From Botryllus schlosseri (taxonomy: Eukaryota), in assembly GCA_051294905.1 (NCBI GenBank), contig CM119385.1, positions 16,120,001 through 16,184,000 of the forward strand: 64,000 nucleotides of DNA. The letters run 5' to 3'. The notes beneath the pieces are model-generated. The model saw only the letters and a program-made list of their open reading frames with translations. It was not told where the DNA came from and made no database searches. Shown here in pieces: positions 63,601-64,000 of the stretch. The position numbers and the translations under genes were made by a program. The first letter of the stretch is position 1, and each line of letters starts with the position of its first letter.

Positions 63601-63941
63601 TTGCTACTTCCACATGCAACTGAGTTGAAATTCACGTCGTTGCTTCTACTAGAGATGCGACGCTGACTATTTTGATAACTTCTAGGAATAAGTATCAAGA
63701 TGTGTATATATATATTGAAGGCTGTACAGACGTAACCTTCTATGAAGCAAGTTCTTCTGATTTACCCGTTTGGCGCGTCGTGGGAGCTTCTACTTCCGTC
63801 GCTGCTCCGCGAGTCGTTTCTCTTGGGGGCTTGCAAGGAGTCGGTTCCGTTCGACAGATTCGAGGCGAAGCGCTTGTAACCGGAAGCGTGCCCGGCGTCT
63901 GCTTCCATTCTGCCGTTGGAGATCGCTTGACACGCCAGCAT
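36449..63941 (-). CDS. SAMD11: Sterile alpha motif domain-containing protein 11-like (SAND + SAM; SAMD11/SAMD7/Samuel family), about 908 aa
   Basis: 14 phase-consistent exons (2727 nt incl. stop): 63766-63941, 61513-61685, 60393-60701, 55435-55628, 46007-46134, 45442-45613, 43491-43584, 43248-43427, 41707-41752, 39713-40126, 38490-38714, 37898-38014, 37195-37456, 36449-36685. The SAND region EPVIEVECGGNRGLLYVNKLCQGSKG-QSI..EWLTPNEFQFISGRETAKDWKRSIRH.GKSLKTLMTKGILQVHPPIC closely matches the long human SAMD11 isoform as recalled. The C-terminal SAM reads WNTEDVCNFI...EIDGEGFPLLTDRHLM..MDIKLGCALKI. The start codon is uncertain because an acceptor at 63949-63951 may imply further upstream exons. 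Confidence 0.9.
37195..37456 (-). CDS. SAMD11: SAMD11-like exon, SAM N-part
   Basis: ...SLDRMKAWNTEDVCNFIRDIDPSIAAHIE; phase 2/0. Confidence 0.9.
37898..38014 (-). CDS. SAMD11: SAMD11-like exon
   Basis: KTSSNRDSDADTYGGASSPAKRQSSSAPPPFVSTDINR; tttttcag/gtaata. Confidence 0.8.
38490..38714 (-). CDS. SAMD11: SAMD11-like exon
   Basis: DRAPISKTPVTTLHHRPS...LLGNTNG; ctttccag/gtgaaa, phase 2/2. Confidence 0.8.
39713..40126 (-). CDS. SAMD11: SAMD11-like exon (low complexity)
   Basis: 414-nt open frame RKNRRNGDNGFHLFDYSK...RDSVA; NAGNAG acceptor, gtgagt donor. Confidence 0.8.
40560..40865. mobile_element. Single arm (half copy) of the 42611-43104 foldback family
   Basis: Alignable to the right arm of 42611-43104 and complementary to its left arm, including the about 100-bp segment 42686-42790. 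Confidence 0.75.
41707..41752 (-). CDS. SAMD11: SAMD11-like 46-nt mini-exon
   Basis: (D)YSGHVRSLNTSDSK(G); gttacttttacag/gtaagc; supplies the phase 1->2 shift the model needs. Confidence 0.7.
42014..42605. mobile_element. Foldback / long-palindrome MITE 1
   Basis: About 270-bp imperfect inverted arms, e.g. aacctacggatagat...atctatccgtaggtt and cgaaagctagtgtcgcactgattccga...tcggaatcagtgcgacactggctttcg; TA-rich flanks, TSD not resolved. Confidence 0.85.
42611..43104. mobile_element. Foldback / long-palindrome MITE 2
   Basis: Outer arms accatagtgtccta...taggacactatggt (about 75 bp) plus inner arms about 42791-42895/42935-43030; the right arm lacks about 100 bp; TSD (TA or TAT) unresolved. Confidence 0.9.
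43248..43427 (-). CDS. SAMD11: SAMD11-like exon
   Basis: ...ALMPPEEQYRQMLALVS... resembles SAMD11 MAPEDHYRRLVSALS; phase 1/1. Confidence 0.85.
43491..43584 (-). CDS. SAMD11: SAMD11-like exon
   Basis: SSDDHNDRRRSASPSPKRPYSRQDGYASDSM; cag/gtaagt, phase 0/1. Confidence 0.8.
44645..45391 (+). mobile_element. hAT MITE, same family as 57889-58647 (opposite orientation)
   Basis: Left end cagaggtgatcaacctttttgcc; flanks TTGTATAG/TTGTACAG; internal sequence alignable to the reverse complement of 57889-58647. Confidence 0.75.
45442..45613 (-). CDS. SAMD11: SAMD11-like exon
   Basis: YEGSLNSIISQLHK...PDTLDLSSK...RKRSREESDRR; tag/gtgagc, phase 2/0. Confidence 0.8.
46007..46134 (-). CDS. SAMD11: SAMD11-like exon
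   Basis: SKLLHGKKLSLKNCAAVTSKPIKIQSPYDDGRHSDADEMTRHG; cag/gtaagt, phase 0/2. Confidence 0.8.
49661..49715. repeat. Interrupted (CT)n microsatellite
   Basis: ct-rich run with short interruptions. Confidence 0.9.
52716..53690. mobile_element. hAT element with Ac-like TAGGGATG ends
   Basis: Perfect 16-bp TIR TAGGGATGGTGTGAAC; flanks gtaagt-t/gtaagtat; gaacgcgaacgtgaacc subterminal repeats. Confidence 0.85.
55435..55628 (-). CDS. SAMD11: SAMD11-like exon, SAND core (KDWK)
   Basis: QSIHFNDEWLTPNEFQFISGRETAKDWKRSIRHCGKSLKTLMTKGILQVHPPICECAQCRDLHG. Confidence 0.96.
57176..57203. repeat. (ATC)n microsatellite
   Basis: atc repeated about 9 times. Confidence 0.95.
57399..58985. mobile_element. hAT MITE hosting a nested MITE
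   Basis: Perfect 14-bp TIR CAGGGGCGGGCAAC; perfect TSD ATGTAACC. Confidence 0.92.
57889..58647 (-). mobile_element. hAT MITE nested in 57399-58985
   Basis: Ends caggggttgtcaacc/ggttggccacccctg; flanks AACTAAAC/TACTAAAC. Confidence 0.85.
59489..59817. mobile_element. Degenerate TAGGGTTGCCATA-type MITE
   Basis: Clear right end atatggcaacccta; eroded left end cagtgttaccatatg; TSD not intact. Confidence 0.5.
60393..60701 (-). CDS. SAMD11: SAMD11-like exon, SAND N-part
   Basis: strong acceptor tttgacttcaacgcag; ends EEPVIEVECGGNRGLLYVNKLCQGSK-G; gtaagg donor. Confidence 0.9.
61513..61685 (-). CDS. SAMD11: SAMD11-like exon (Ser/Pro-rich)
   Basis: RRNGSPDRISSSSPSGG...FSGRNP; phases 2/1 bridge neighbours; GC-rich relative to flanks. 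Confidence 0.65.
63251..63480 (+). mobile_element. tRNA-derived SINE (A-box region missing or diverged)
   Basis: B-box GGTTCGAATCC followed by gaccgaggtcgact...cctaagtgttggaggttta.ctaggctcctcctcgcca, as in the 27607 copy; (CAA)n tail. Confidence 0.85.
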
Positions 63942-63948
63942 ATTCAAG
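63766..63948 (-). CDS. SAMD11: SAMD11-like 5'-most visible exon
   Basis: ctattttag acceptor, open frame LNMLACQAISNGRMEADAGH...DAPNG, phase-2 gtaaat donor; no homology recognised. Confidence 0.6.
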
Positions 63949-64000
63949 CTAAAATAGCGTTTGCACTGATTATAATAATCTGTAATTATAGACCAGTACA

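Larger units (their letters stand above)
37800..63640 (+). repeat. Dispersed degenerate tactcaagtag/ctactt family in SAMD11 introns (span of copies, not one element)
   Basis: Approximate copies: 37800-37870, 38238-38420, 40145-40230, 41160-41300, 43790-43870, 44100-44150, 44445-44580, 45820-45850, 55080-55180, 60085-60265, 61715-61830, 63490-63640. The best pair is ggagtacttctgccttttcggagtactcacgtag (38238) vs ggagtacttctactttttcggagtactcaagtag (61717). Confidence 0.7.

Noticed and set aside
126-64000. Remaining short ORFs in the supplied track
   Set aside because: Intronic, TE-derived or antisense to exons; no domain motifs, typical of chance 60-170 aa frames.

Overview
This is animal (eukaryotic) genomic DNA, AT-rich with GT-AG introns; no prokaryotic system, CRISPR array, rRNA or true tRNA gene is visible. 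Three protein-coding genes, all on the minus strand, were reconstructed by hand with phase-consistent exons. (1) SAMD11-like SAND + SAM domain transcriptional regulator: 14 coding exons, 63941->36449, about 908 aa. (2) Intronless mitochondrial malate dehydrogenase MDH2: 22629->21592, 345 aa. (3) srGAP-family F-BAR + RhoGAP gene: 16 exons and 692 codons in the window, 21250->22, continuing off the left edge. Only 341 nt separate the MDH2 stop from the srGAP ATG, and both genes have a 3' splice-acceptor-like AG just upstream of the ATG. This makes them a candidate SL-trans-spliced bicistronic operon (inference; the organism cannot be determined from the window). The non-coding DNA is dense in non-autonomous hAT elements, including a 4-level nest at 26.5-33.0 kb. 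It also holds a tRNA-derived SINE family, two back-to-back foldback hairpins, and a degenerate repeat found in one orientation in most SAMD11 introns. All homology calls come from recalled protein motifs, not database searches.
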